DNA of 64,000 nt. Origin: a virus. The stretch is from the IMG/VR virus record IMGVR_UViG_3300045988_120248, positions 32,001 through 96,000 of that record. One strand, 5' to 3'. Below, one piece after another: positions 1-8,610 of this stretch; within the stretch, counting starts at the first letter, position 1; each line of letters starts with the position of its first letter. A program made the translations under genes and the position numbers. Under the pieces are notes generated by a model. The model had not been told where the DNA came from. It did no database searches and worked only from the letters and a program-made list of their open reading frames with translations.

Positions 1-1070
1 GCAGCATTCTTGTCCTTTTCAGCTTCTTGAAGGTAACACTCATGAACGACTTTAATGTCATTCCAGCCGCCGACGCGCATGGTGCGTTCCTCGCTCCAAC
101 CTAGATGATAGGCAAGGGAACAGAAAGAACGACGCAATCCATGGACACCAACCTGTGGCAGATTGTGTTCTTCACAAACGCTATTGATCCTACGAGTAAG
201 CGTATTAGGGTAACAATCAATTATTGGATCGTTATCCGGAATGATTTCAAGAAGCCGTGGAATGAGAACCGGAACAGGGCGTGTGGACTTCTCAGATTTG
301 TTAGTGTCTTTTCGAACGAGTTTTCCGTTTTCATCATAAACGATTGCTCCAACAACTGAAATATATTCGGAACCTTTAATGTCAAAATGGAAATTGTCAT
401 GGGTTACGGCCATAATTTCAGAACGGCGCAAAGAATGCAACGCTAAAAGGGCACCGAGTTCAATAGGTTTTCCGCGAATAGCCTTTACAAAAACCAAAAT
501 CTGCTCATAGTCGAGAGTCGGAAGACCCCCTTTTTTGAATGCGGGCAGAGTTACATTGGGTACGTCGACATCCAGATAATTCATTGTGGCAGTAATGAGT
601 GCCCATACATTGCAAACGGTTTTGGGGGCACAACCTTCTAATTCTTCACCAATGGCTACCTGCCACTCGCTCTTTGAAATGCTGGAAATGTCTCGACTCA
701 TATAATTGAGAAAATGGTTGTTCCTATACGATATATAGTTGCGGCGGGTCGAAGGGGAAAGCGAAGGGCCGCGTTCCAAAATCATCTTGTCAATGGCATC
801 CCCAACTGTCATCCGAGGTGCGTGTTTCTTTTGCTCGATAAACCCAGCCCGAACCGCTTTTGCTCGTGCAACGCATAGGGCTTTTGTCGGCTCTGTGATA
901 CTCTGTTTCTCAGCATCAAGGTAAATCCGGTAACTCCCACTTGCCAGTTTCCTCGGGGAAGGTATTTTTATTTCACCCTTTTTCTTCCGCTCTTTTAACT
1001 GCTTTTCACCGCACCAGTTACAGAACATGGAATTAGCCTCAATTTCACGGCCACAGGATTTACACTTCAT
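1..1070 (-). CDS. int: Tyrosine recombinase (phage integrase); C-terminus cut by window edge
   Basis: Hand translation of the minus strand from ATG at 1070-1068 gives MKCKSCGREIEANSMFCNWCGEK (N-terminal zinc ribbon), then LLALHSLRRSEI, VGVHGLRRSF and RVGGW. The R and HxLRR boxes are typical of tyrosine recombinases. It is missing from the ORF track because no stop lies in the window. Confidence 0.85.
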   Translation of the reverse strand, partial: MKCKSCGREIEANSMFCNWCGEKQLKERKKKGEIKIPSPRKLASGSYRIYLDAEKQSITEPTKALCVARAKAVRAGFIEQKKHAPRMTVGDAIDKMILERGPSLSPSTRRNYISYRNNHFLNYMSRDISSISKSEWQVAIGEELEGCAPKTVCNVWALITATMNYLDVDVPNVTLPAFKKGGLPTLDYEQILVFVKAIRGKPIELGALLALHSLRRSEIMAVTHDNFHFDIKGSEYISVVGAIVYDENGKLVRKDTNKSEKSTRPVPVLIPRLLEIIPDNDPIIDCYPNTLTRRINSVCEEHNLPQVGVHGLRRSFCSLAYHLGWSEERTMRVGGWNDIKVVHECYLQEAEKDKNA

Positions 1071-1263
1071 GATGAGTGGCCTCCTGCAATTCCTTTATTG
1101 CCTCATCGCGTTCCTGCATGATGCGAAGAAACTCTTGCTTCAAAGCATAAAAGGTATCGGCACATACGCCAATCTTGGGAGCAATTTTGATATTTTCTTC
1201 AAGCGCGTCCAGCACCGCTTGATCGCGCTCATTGAATTTGTTTTTCACAAGCATAACCTCCAT
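1060..1263 (-). CDS. Small helical protein just upstream of int (candidate excisionase/directionality factor, unproven)
   Basis: 67-aa ORF overlapping the int start by 11 nt. It is charged and helical with no motif I recognise; the role is suggested by position only. Confidence 0.3.
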   Translation of the reverse strand: MEVMLVKNKFNERDQAVLDALEENIKIAPKIGVCADTFYALKQEFLRIMQERDEAIKELQEATHHEV

Positions 1264-1305
1264 GTGGAATATTTGGAATATGTAAAAATGCTGGACGCAA
1301 ATAAG

Positions 1306-1932
1306 TTATTTCTTGACCCTAAAAGATGACTTGAAGATGCGGTATAGACTTATCACAAGTGTGGCAAAGGAAATGATAATAACCAAAATGAGAATCCAAC
1401 CCAATGCACCTATGTTACCGAATTTAATCAAACCAGCGTTTTGAATATTGGAATCAAAAATGAGATAGACAATGGAGAAAATCGTAAGTAGAAAGTTGAT
1501 GACAATTTGTAGGAATGTGACAGGGGTCTGTATTGCAAGCTGATTCGAGTGGAAGGTATCAAGCCGTTTATACCCATTGGCTTTTTCGGTGGCCGTATTG
1601 ACTTCGCCAGTTAGCCTCTGGATTTCTGCCTCTTTTTGAGCGTTCATAAGTTGCAGCTCATGAATTTCTTTTCGAAGTGATGATTCGTCATCAGCTGGGG
1701 TGGTTAACCCACATAGACGGTCGAGGGAAAGACCCAATACTTGCGCAACAGCTGCCTCGTTAAAAAGAAGAGGATTCGACTGCGTTGCAGCATTAACCCT
1801 GCTGACATTCGAATATGGAACGCCTGACTGCTCAGATAATTCTTTGACGGTTAATCCAAGTTCATTCCTGCGCTGTTTGATTTTTTCAGAATATGCGTCG
1901 AAGTAAGGCGCGAGTTTATCTGTTGCTGTCAA
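1306..1932 (-). CDS. Membrane-anchored XRE-type HTH protein
   Basis: N-terminal HTH (LGLTVKELSEQSGVPYSNVSRV), central coiled coil (EIHELQLMNAQKEAEIQRL) and two C-terminal hydrophobic helices (FLQIVINFLLTIFSIVYLIF; ALGWILILVIIISFATLVISL). TTG start with GGAGG about 9 nt upstream. Confidence 0.7.
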   Translation of the reverse strand: MTATDKLAPYFDAYSEKIKQRRNELGLTVKELSEQSGVPYSNVSRVNAATQSNPLLFNEAAVAQVLGLSLDRLCGLTTPADDESSLRKEIHELQLMNAQKEAEIQRLTGEVNTATEKANGYKRLDTFHSNQLAIQTPVTFLQIVINFLLTIFSIVYLIFDSNIQNAGLIKFGNIGALGWILILVIIISFATLVISLYRIFKSSFRVKK

Positions 1933-2399
1933 AATAAAACGCCTCCAATAGCAGAATTCTCAAAATAGAATAATAATTTCCATTTTAGATTACGAGATTC
2001 GCAATTTAGGGTAGCGATTCGAAATCGGGAATGTGGACTTTTTCGTCGAATATCTGCTACGATATAGGCGTAGCAGATCAGCGGATAAAGCAAGGTGGTC
2101 TGCTGCAAGGCCCCGCCGCCTCTAGCCCAGCCGGCGGGGCTGACGAAAGAGAATGGTATCTGTCCTTTAAATCGGACTTATCAGGTCTCCAAATAGTAGA
2201 AAATACAATGAAATGTTTGTGCAATATGAGCAGTTGAAATTTTCGAACATTAGTTTTAAAATAAAGGCACTTCAAACAAAGGCTCGTACAGGAAAGGAAC
2301 GGGAACATACGATGGAATTCGAAAAAGCACAGAACACAATCAATCTTGATGAGAAATTCAAGGAGCTCTTACAGGAAGTGGATGATAAAGAGGAATTCT

Positions 2400-2801
2400 T
2401 TAGATTCCTTTGTTTTTGCTTTCTTCGTCTACAAAGGTGCGACCCAATTCAAGAAATTTGGAACGATTGGATTCAGGCATCTGATTGAATAAAGAGACGA
2501 GCTCGTCAACCTCGGTACCATTTGTGGTGCCGGGGTTATTTTTTTGCGCATCAGGAGAAACAAAGGACTTACCTGTCAGAAGCCAGTCGGCTGAAACACC
2601 ATAGAAAGCTGCAATCTTTGGAATGTATTTCATATATGACTTCGATCTTCCTGCTTTCCACTCTGTTACCACGTTTTTTGCTTTTACATCAATCGCGCGC
2701 AGAAGCTCTAATGCGCCTCCGTGCTTGTCACCAATTAGGAAAAGAATGCGTTCAAGCACCTCGTCCTCTGAACTGTTTTTGATATTCGGCTCTTTAGACA
2801 T
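2400..2801 (-). CDS. CI-like prophage repressor (XRE-family HTH)
   Basis: HTH region NVVTEWKAGRSKSYMKYIPKIAAFYGVSADWLLTGK. The gene is divergent from a Cro-like gene across an operator-rich spacer. Confidence 0.75.
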   Translation of the reverse strand: MSKEPNIKNSSEDEVLERILFLIGDKHGGALELLRAIDVKAKNVVTEWKAGRSKSYMKYIPKIAAFYGVSADWLLTGKSFVSPDAQKNNPGTTNGTEVDELVSLFNQMPESNRSKFLELGRTFVDEESKNKGI

Positions 2802-2845
2802 AAAAATACCTCCAGATTTGTGCAGACATACAAAAACACATAAAA

Positions 2846-2968
2846 CATGTGATATTACTTGAAATCACATAAATCATGTGATATAGTATGGCTGTAAAGT
2901 AAATTTGACATGAACGGCAATAAAAAACCAAGCCTTTTGGGGATGAAAAACCAAAAGACAGTACCTGT
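2846..2968. promoter_or_regulatory. Operator/promoter region of the lysis-lysogeny switch
   Basis: CATGTGAT at 2846-2853, 2875-2882 and 2961-2968, with the inverted ATCACAT at 2864-2870. TTGAAA (2859-2864), a 17-nt spacer and TATAGT (2882-2887) point toward the cro-like gene. Confidence 0.5.
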
Positions 2969-2989
2969 TTCATGTGATTTGACACTAGC

Positions 2990-3253
2990 ATGATAATTTT
3001 TTTGCCCGCGTTTGTCAAGACCACTTTACAAAAAAATCATGAATTTTATGTGAATTTCGTAGGGGGTGTAACTATTTACGAACTTTTTAAAGCAGAAATC
3101 GTAAAGCAGAAGCGGATGCGGAAACTGACGAACGAGGATTTGGGGAAACTGACCGGCTATAAAAGGCAAACGATTGATGCGTTTATGGCCGGTGCCAGAG
3201 AGTCTGAAAATGTGGCGAAGGCTATTGCAAAGGTTCTCAAGATCGAACTGTAA
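2990..3253 (+). CDS. Cro-like HTH regulator (true start uncertain)
   Basis: C-terminal part LTNEDLGKLTGYKRQTIDAFMAGARESENVAKAIAKVL is a classic HTH. AGGGGG at 3061-3066 suggests a later, non-ATG start. Confidence 0.65.
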   Translation: MIIFLPAFVKTTLQKNHEFYVNFVGGVTIYELFKAEIVKQKRMRKLTNEDLGKLTGYKRQTIDAFMAGARESENVAKAIAKVLKIEL

Positions 3254-3264
3254 GGTGGAAACAT

Positions 3265-3405
3265 ATGGACAGTCTCGTATTCTTGGCACCAAACACAGAA
3301 GAACCGTTCGCGACATCGGAAGTCATCGCCGAATGCGCCGGAGTTCAACACCATAAGGAGTTTTTGGCGCACACGCAGCGCAAGGAGGAAGTATGCCACG
3401 TTTGA
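3265..3405 (+). pseudogene. 46-codon ORF resembling the N-terminus of Rha/antirepressor-type regulators (possible remnant)
   Basis: Hand translation gives MDSLVFLAPNTEEPFATSEVIAECAGVQHHKEFLAHTQRKEEVCHV*. The PFxTSxxIAE...H pattern recalls Rha N-termini, but full-length members are several-fold longer. Confidence 0.25.
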
Positions 3406-3614
3406 AGAAGAAAGAGCCTGACTTCATAAGGGTCACTCGTTTGATAAGAGGATATGCGCCTGTATCGAAGGTCGCGAAAATGATTGGGAGATCTGTACCA
3501 ACTGCTCGTAAAAAGATAAACGACCCTCGACAGTTTACGCTCGGAGAATTACAGATGATTTCCATGAGGGCGCATATTCCCTGGGAAGACATGAATCAGG
3601 CAGTGAAGCCATGA
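3393..3614 (+). CDS. Small basic protein, probably DNA-binding (hypothetical)
   Basis: 73-aa ORF. KVAKMIGRSVPTARKKIN looks HTH-like. GGAGG lies upstream, and the stop overlaps the next start. Confidence 0.45.
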   Translation: MPRLKKKEPDFIRVTRLIRGYAPVSKVAKMIGRSVPTARKKINDPRQFTLGELQMISMRAHIPWEDMNQAVKP

Positions 3615-4258
3615 GCCTAATCCGGAAACATTTTGAAGACCGGGACAGCTGGCTGATTGGCCGGCAGGAAATCGGAATCGGCGGCTCTGATGCTGCGGCT
3701 GTATGTGGGCTTTCCCCATGGACATCACCGGTGGAACTATGGAAAATCAAGGTAGGGGCTAAAAAACCAAAGGACATTTCGGCCAATGCAGCAGTGGAAC
3801 GCGGCGTTCGGATGGAGCCGGCGCTTCGAGAGCTGTATGCGGCAATGAATCCCTGCATGAAGGTTGAGCACTACCCATACGACATTCTGGCACAGAGTGA
3901 ACGTCCCTGGCTGACAGCAACGCTTGACGGAGACTTGACTGACGAGAACGGCCGACGGGGGATTCTGGAGATAAAGACCGGCCAACTCATAAAAAAGGCC
4001 GATTACGAAAAGTGGGCGGACGGAAATGTGCCGATCTACTATCTGACGCAAACCTGCTGGCAGCTGCTGGCTACAGGATGGGATTTCGTTGATCTGTTTG
4101 CGGCGCTTCAGGATATTCGCGGAGATTGGTCGATACGGACACGGCGCATCGAACGCGCCGAGCACGAGGAAGATCTTACATGGCTGCTGGGCAAAGCGGA
4201 CACATTCTGGGGATACGTCCAAAAGCGGCAGATGCCGCCGATGACACTGAGAATTTGA
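3611..4258 (+). CDS. YqaJ-like (lambda Exo-type) recombination exonuclease
   Basis: GIGGSDAAAVCGLSPWTSPVELW and GILEIKT motifs. It is the partner of the RecT gene downstream. Confidence 0.85.
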   Translation: MSLIRKHFEDRDSWLIGRQEIGIGGSDAAAVCGLSPWTSPVELWKIKVGAKKPKDISANAAVERGVRMEPALRELYAAMNPCMKVEHYPYDILAQSERPWLTATLDGDLTDENGRRGILEIKTGQLIKKADYEKWADGNVPIYYLTQTCWQLLATGWDFVDLFAALQDIRGDWSIRTRRIERAEHEEDLTWLLGKADTFWGYVQKRQMPPMTLRI

Positions 4259-4272
4259 ATGGAGGGAACACA

Positions 4273-4506
4273 TTGATCGTTGAAGTCAAATTTTACAGAG
4301 AAAGTGCGAAAGCATACGTTGGACGCGGGTACAGCTATGAAACGGACATGGCACTGAACGTTGGAGATCGTGTGCTTGTACCGGCTGGGAAAGGAAAAAA
4401 CAGAGCAATAGTCGTGGCGGTGAATGTGCCGCAAATTGCCGTCAATCCTGATTACTTCCCACTGAAGCGCATTACGGAATACGACATGCCGGAGGTGAAC
4501 GCTTGA
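4273..4506 (+). CDS. Hypothetical protein (TTG start)
   Basis: GGAGGGAAC precedes TTG at 4273. The 77-aa product is LIVEVKFYRESAKAYVGRGYSYETD...; it sits inside the recombination module. Confidence 0.45.
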   Translation: MIVEVKFYRESAKAYVGRGYSYETDMALNVGDRVLVPAGKGKNRAIVVAVNVPQIAVNPDYFPLKRITEYDMPEVNA

Positions 4507-5453
4507 TGGAAACAACGGAAATCAGGATGATAACCGACCTCGACAAAGCACTTCCACAGAGTATCGTATTCAACTTCGAGGAAGTGAAAACATGGCTGAC
4601 CGAGAATCTTACATCTTACAAGAGCATGGTCGTCACCGAAGACGAAATTGGAGCGGCAAAGGCCGATAAAGCCAAGATTTCAAAACTGTCAAAGACCATA
4701 TCAGAACAGCGCATCGCCATCAAGAAACGCTATCTGGAGCCGTACAACGTCTTTGAGGCGCAGATGAAGGAGCTTTCCGGCATGTGCGACGAGGCGGCAA
4801 AGAACATCGACGTGCAGGCCAAGGCGTTCGAGGAAAAGCGGAAGTCCGAGAAACGCGAGACACTGAGAGGATATTTTTCTTCCGTCAACACACAGGCGTG
4901 GCTTTCGTTTGAGCGGATCGAAAATCCGCGCTGGATGAATGTGACCTATGACATGGAAACGGCCAAGGCCGACATTCAGGCGGCTGTGACGGCCATCGGA
5001 GAGAATGTCACGACGATTACAGAGTCCGGCGGCGAGTTCGAAAACGAAATGCTGCTGGAATACCAGAAAACGCTGGACCTTGGAGCGGCTATGCGGCGCG
5101 GCAGCGAACTGAAACGCATGAAGCAGGAGGCCAGAAGGGCTGCGCAGGAGGCCGCTGAACGTGCAAGACGCGAGGCGATTGCGGCGCACGAAGCTGCTGT
5201 GGAAAAGGCAAAGCACGAACAGGACGAAAGGACTGCACAGCGGAAAATCGAGGAAGAAACCGCACGTCGGGCGGAGGAACTGCTGAATTCGTCAAATCTT
5301 TCTCACGTTGAGGGGATGGAAAACGCGCAAGCGGAACCGGTTTCTGTGCTCGATTTCAGATGCTTTGTCACGGCGGCTCAGAAAGCGGCGCTTCGGGACT
5401 GGCTGAACGCTAACGGCATCCGATTCTGCCGTGTACCGAAATTCGGAGACTGA
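4506..5453 (+). CDS. DUF1351-like phage protein with a charged coiled-coil C-terminal half
   Basis: The N-terminal pattern ITDLDKALPQSIVFNFEEVKTWL...YKSMVVTEDEI and a position next to recT match my memory of DUF1351. The ATG overlaps the preceding TGA. Confidence 0.5.
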   Translation: METTEIRMITDLDKALPQSIVFNFEEVKTWLTENLTSYKSMVVTEDEIGAAKADKAKISKLSKTISEQRIAIKKRYLEPYNVFEAQMKELSGMCDEAAKNIDVQAKAFEEKRKSEKRETLRGYFSSVNTQAWLSFERIENPRWMNVTYDMETAKADIQAAVTAIGENVTTITESGGEFENEMLLEYQKTLDLGAAMRRGSELKRMKQEARRAAQEAAERARREAIAAHEAAVEKAKHEQDERTAQRKIEEETARRAEELLNSSNLSHVEGMENAQAEPVSVLDFRCFVTAAQKAALRDWLNANGIRFCRVPKFGD

Positions 5454-5474
5454 TATACGAAAGGAATGTGAAAT

Positions 5475-6512
5475 ATGAACGCAACAACTAGACTTACGCC
5501 GCCTACTCAGAAGCAGACGTTCTCAAACGCGATTACATCCAATGCGATGCAAGAGCTTATTCGCAAGTCACTGAAGGACCCGCAGGCTGTGGCCAGATTT
5601 ACTGCGACGCTGATTCAAGTGGTCAATGCCTCCGATCAGTTGAAGGAATGCGATCCGGGGAGCGTAGTCGCAGCGGCACTTCGCGGCGAGGGAATGGGCC
5701 TGATAATCGGAATTCATTACCACCTTGTCCCGTTCGGACGGATGTGTAACTTCATCATTTCCTATAAGGGTCTTATTGCACTTGCCATTGCATCAAAGCA
5801 GTATAACGATATCGATTGTATTGATATCCGTGAGGGCGAGTACATTGGACGAGATTCTAGAACCGGAAGACCAAAATTCGACTTCAATGTTTATGCTACA
5901 GACGAAGCACGCGAGGCTGCACCGGTAATTGGCTACTACGCCTTTTTCGAACTGAAAGACGGGATGTTCCGTCAGGAATTCTGGTCGATGAATAAACTGC
6001 TGTTCCACGCCGAACGGTATTCGCAGGCATTTAACCGTGAAAAATTTGAGAAATTTGTTGCGGGCGAAATGACCAAAGAGGAAGAAGAAAAGATGCGGAA
6101 ATCCTCGCCGTGGAACGATGTTGGACATGGCCAGGACAAAATGTGCCGGAAAACAGTCCTCCGCAGCCTTTTGAACTCCGGTTATGCTCCGCTTTCCAAT
6201 GAACTCCAATATACGATGGACAATGATCATGAGACTGGCGTGATCCCAGACATGCCCATCATCAACGTCGACAAGGCTACTGGGGAAGTGGCCGGCGCGG
6301 TTCCAACGACTCCGGCTATCAATGCCGCATCGGACGATGACTTCTTCGATGCAACTGCTGTGAGCGCCGAACTTGACCGACGAAATGAGGCCAAGCAGGA
6401 AGAAGCACCAGCGCCCGCACCCGCCAAACGGAAAAAGGCTGAGACTGAAAGCCGACCGGAAGCAGTAGATACGTCCTACGCGGACGATGGCTTTTTCGGC
6501 GGTGGTGAATAA
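5475..6512 (+). CDS. recT: RecT-family single-strand annealing protein
   Basis: SVVAAALRGEGMGL, HYHLVPFG and ISYKGLIALA blocks, with an acidic tail, adjacent to the YqaJ exonuclease. Confidence 0.85.
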   Translation: MNATTRLTPPTQKQTFSNAITSNAMQELIRKSLKDPQAVARFTATLIQVVNASDQLKECDPGSVVAAALRGEGMGLIIGIHYHLVPFGRMCNFIISYKGLIALAIASKQYNDIDCIDIREGEYIGRDSRTGRPKFDFNVYATDEAREAAPVIGYYAFFELKDGMFRQEFWSMNKLLFHAERYSQAFNREKFEKFVAGEMTKEEEEKMRKSSPWNDVGHGQDKMCRKTVLRSLLNSGYAPLSNELQYTMDNDHETGVIPDMPIINVDKATGEVAGAVPTTPAINAASDDDFFDATAVSAELDRRNEAKQEEAPAPAPAKRKKAETESRPEAVDTSYADDGFFGGGE

Positions 6513-7087
6513 TGAGGCCAATCATAAATGGCGGGGTCACACAGGACCCAAAAGACCCGAAACGGCAGGCCTGCGAAACCATGCTTATCTGGGGAAAGGT
6601 TACGCGGGACGCAAAGCTCGAATACACAAAGGGTTCAAACAACAAACCCCCGATGCCAAAGGTCACATTCGGTGTTGCATACGAGGACAAAAAGTTTATG
6701 AACGTCCTCGCATTAGGGGAATCTCCTCAAACCAATATCGCGCAGCGCGTTCGGAAGGGCGATCAGGTCTTAATCGTCGGAAGATGGTCAAGCAAAGAAT
6801 ACAAAAACAGCGCCGGTGAGGAGAAAACGTGGGCTGAACTGAGGGTTGAACAGATTGCCATTCAGGGCGATGGATACCGCGAAGAAATGATCGACTGCCT
6901 CTGGACGGCGTTTGCAAGCGCTATGGCAAAAGGCTATATGCACGACAGGACAGAATTCATGCGGGCATTCAACACAGGGTTTGTGGATGCGTTCTGGGAG
7001 CTCTGCCAGTCAATGCAGGGCGAAGAACCGCAGGATACGGATGACGGAGAATCGGCTGGTGGCGACGACTACGAACTGACGATTTGA
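6512..7087 (+). CDS. SSB-like OB-fold protein with acidic C-terminal tail
   Basis: KGDQVLIVGRWSSKEYKNSAGEEKTWAELRVEQI resembles an OB-fold strand pattern. The C-terminus DTDDGESAGGDDYELTI is acidic. It lies directly after recT. Confidence 0.45.
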   Translation: MRPIINGGVTQDPKDPKRQACETMLIWGKVTRDAKLEYTKGSNNKPPMPKVTFGVAYEDKKFMNVLALGESPQTNIAQRVRKGDQVLIVGRWSSKEYKNSAGEEKTWAELRVEQIAIQGDGYREEMIDCLWTAFASAMAKGYMHDRTEFMRAFNTGFVDAFWELCQSMQGEEPQDTDDGESAGGDDYELTI

Positions 7088-7099
7088 GAGGACTTTCCA

Positions 7100-7642
7100 A
7101 TGGGAAAAGGAATTAGCATATCTGACTTGCCGGAACCATACAGACGTCAGGCAGAACAAAAACTCATACAGGAAATGCAGCGGAGATCGGCTGTACAACC
7201 ATCGGCCAATGTCGCAAGCCGGAAAACTTGCGGGAAAAAGGTAAAAACCGATAAGCCACCAAAAATGCGAAACAAGAAGGTTACTCGCGGAGGCAAGACC
7301 TTCGACAGCAAGCGTGAGGCGGATCGGTACGATGAACTCGTGCTTTTGGAAAAACAGGGGGTTATTCAGAACCTTGAATGGCAGAAAGAATACCTCCTGA
7401 TTCCGGCGCAATATAAAACCGTCGAGCAATACGGAAAGCATGGAGCGAGAATCAAGGACAAGCGCATCCTTCTCGAACGGAAAGTGTCTTATATCGCCGA
7501 TTTCGTTTATGAGAAGGATGGAGAAACAATCGTGGAGGACTCAAAGGGCTACAGAAATCCAGCTTCAGCACCTTATGCGAAGTTTGTACTGAAGCGGAAA
7601 CTGATGCTCTGGATACACGGAATCAGAATAACGGAAGTTTGA
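7100..7642 (+). CDS. DUF1064-type nuclease (putative Holliday-junction resolvase)
   Basis: FDSKREADRYDELVLLEKQGVIQNL, YIADFVY and VEDSKG blocks are characteristic of DUF1064. Confidence 0.6.
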   Translation: MGKGISISDLPEPYRRQAEQKLIQEMQRRSAVQPSANVASRKTCGKKVKTDKPPKMRNKKVTRGGKTFDSKREADRYDELVLLEKQGVIQNLEWQKEYLLIPAQYKTVEQYGKHGARIKDKRILLERKVSYIADFVYEKDGETIVEDSKGYRNPASAPYAKFVLKRKLMLWIHGIRITEV

Positions 7643-7643
7643 A

Positions 7644-7991
7644 TTGGAGGCAGAATCAATGGAATCGATGCGCGAAGATGTTTTCAGGCTGGCGGTTGCG
7701 CCGTGGAACAGTGCGTACAGGGAAGACCATGTAGAAAGCCATACTTGTGATACGCAGGACGAAATTGATTTCTGCCTCCATCATTGCCCTTATGCCAGTT
7801 CAGAGTGCTGTAACTGCTTGGAAGGTGGAACAAAAGAAAAGCAGGGACGGCCGAGTGGTGTCAGCCAAAACGACTTGAATCGGCTGAAGGAAATGCTTCG
7901 GTTGAAGACACCACAATCGAAGATCTGCGCGGAGCTCGGCATAACTAGGAGAACCGTGTACAACTACAAGAAAAAATTGGGGGTGATTTAG
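7644..7991 (+). CDS. Cys-rich protein with C-terminal HTH (candidate transcription regulator)
   Basis: CDTQDEIDFCLHHCPYASSECCNC cluster followed by SKICAELGITRRTVYNYKKKLG. Confidence 0.5.
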   Translation: MEAESMESMREDVFRLAVAPWNSAYREDHVESHTCDTQDEIDFCLHHCPYASSECCNCLEGGTKEKQGRPSGVSQNDLNRLKEMLRLKTPQSKICAELGITRRTVYNYKKKLGVI

Positions 7992-8173
7992 GTGATTCAT
8001 CTTGGCGATATTTGCAAAATCAACGGCGCGGAAATCGAACCGGTTGACTGCATAATTGGTGGTTCACCTTGTTAGACAGGACTTGTCAATAGCTGGAAAG
8101 CGAAAAGGGCTTGCGGGTGAACGTTCCGGGCTTTTCATGGAACAAATCAGAATTATCAAGGAGATGCGAGAAC

Positions 8174-8610
8174 ATGACAGAAAGACCGGACGGACAGGTG
8201 AGTTTGTTCGACCAAGATACATGGTATGGGAAAACGTCGTTGGTGCCCAGAGCAGCCAACAAGGCCGTGACTTCGCGGCAGTCCTCGAAGAAGCAATCCG
8301 CGTCGCAGAACCGGAAGCCCCCGATATTCAAGTGCCTGACAAGGGATGGCCTACATGGGGGGGTACAGGGACGTGGACGGACGATGGAGCGTGGCTTGGC
8401 GCGTCCTCGATAGTCAATGGTGGGGAGTCCCCCAACGCCGTCGTAGAATCGCGCTTGTCGCAGATTTTGGAGGAACGACCGCACACGAAATACTCTTTAA
8501 CGCCAAAGGCGTGTATGGGCATCTTGCGACGAGCGGAGAAACGAGGAAAGGAACTACCAGAGGCACTCAAAGCGGCGCTCACGAATCAGGCGCATGGGCA
8601 GGATGCCTGA
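8174..8610 (+). other. Alternative-frame ORF embedded in the methyltransferase gene, interrupted by the same G7 tract
   Basis: AAGGAGA (8158-8164) lies 9 nt before ATG 8174. The ORF reads MTERPDGQVSLFDQDTWYGKTS...FKCLTRDGLHGG up to the G run. In the next frame it resumes as TGTWTDDGAWLGASS...ESRLSQILEERPHTKYSLTPKACMGILRRAEKRGKELPEALKAALTNQ and ends at TGA 8608-8610. Confidence 0.35.
8357..8363 (+). repeat. G7 homopolymer at the frame junction of both overlapping ORFs
   Basis: Seven consecutive G (acatGGGGGGGtac), counted by hand. Confidence 0.9.

Noticed and set aside
2213-2488. 91-aa plus-strand ORF overlapping the 3' end of the CI-like gene
   Set aside because: Its second half is the antisense of a well-supported gene, and it has no RBS. 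Only the first 30 or so codons lie in non-coding DNA, which is not enough to call.
8070-8079. Programmed +1 frameshift at UGU UAG A to bypass the stop in the methylase
   Set aside because: The P-site codon UGU cannot re-pair in the +1 frame (GUU), and no stimulatory Shine-Dalgarno-like element lies at the right distance. An insertion mutation or a sequencing error is the simpler explanation.
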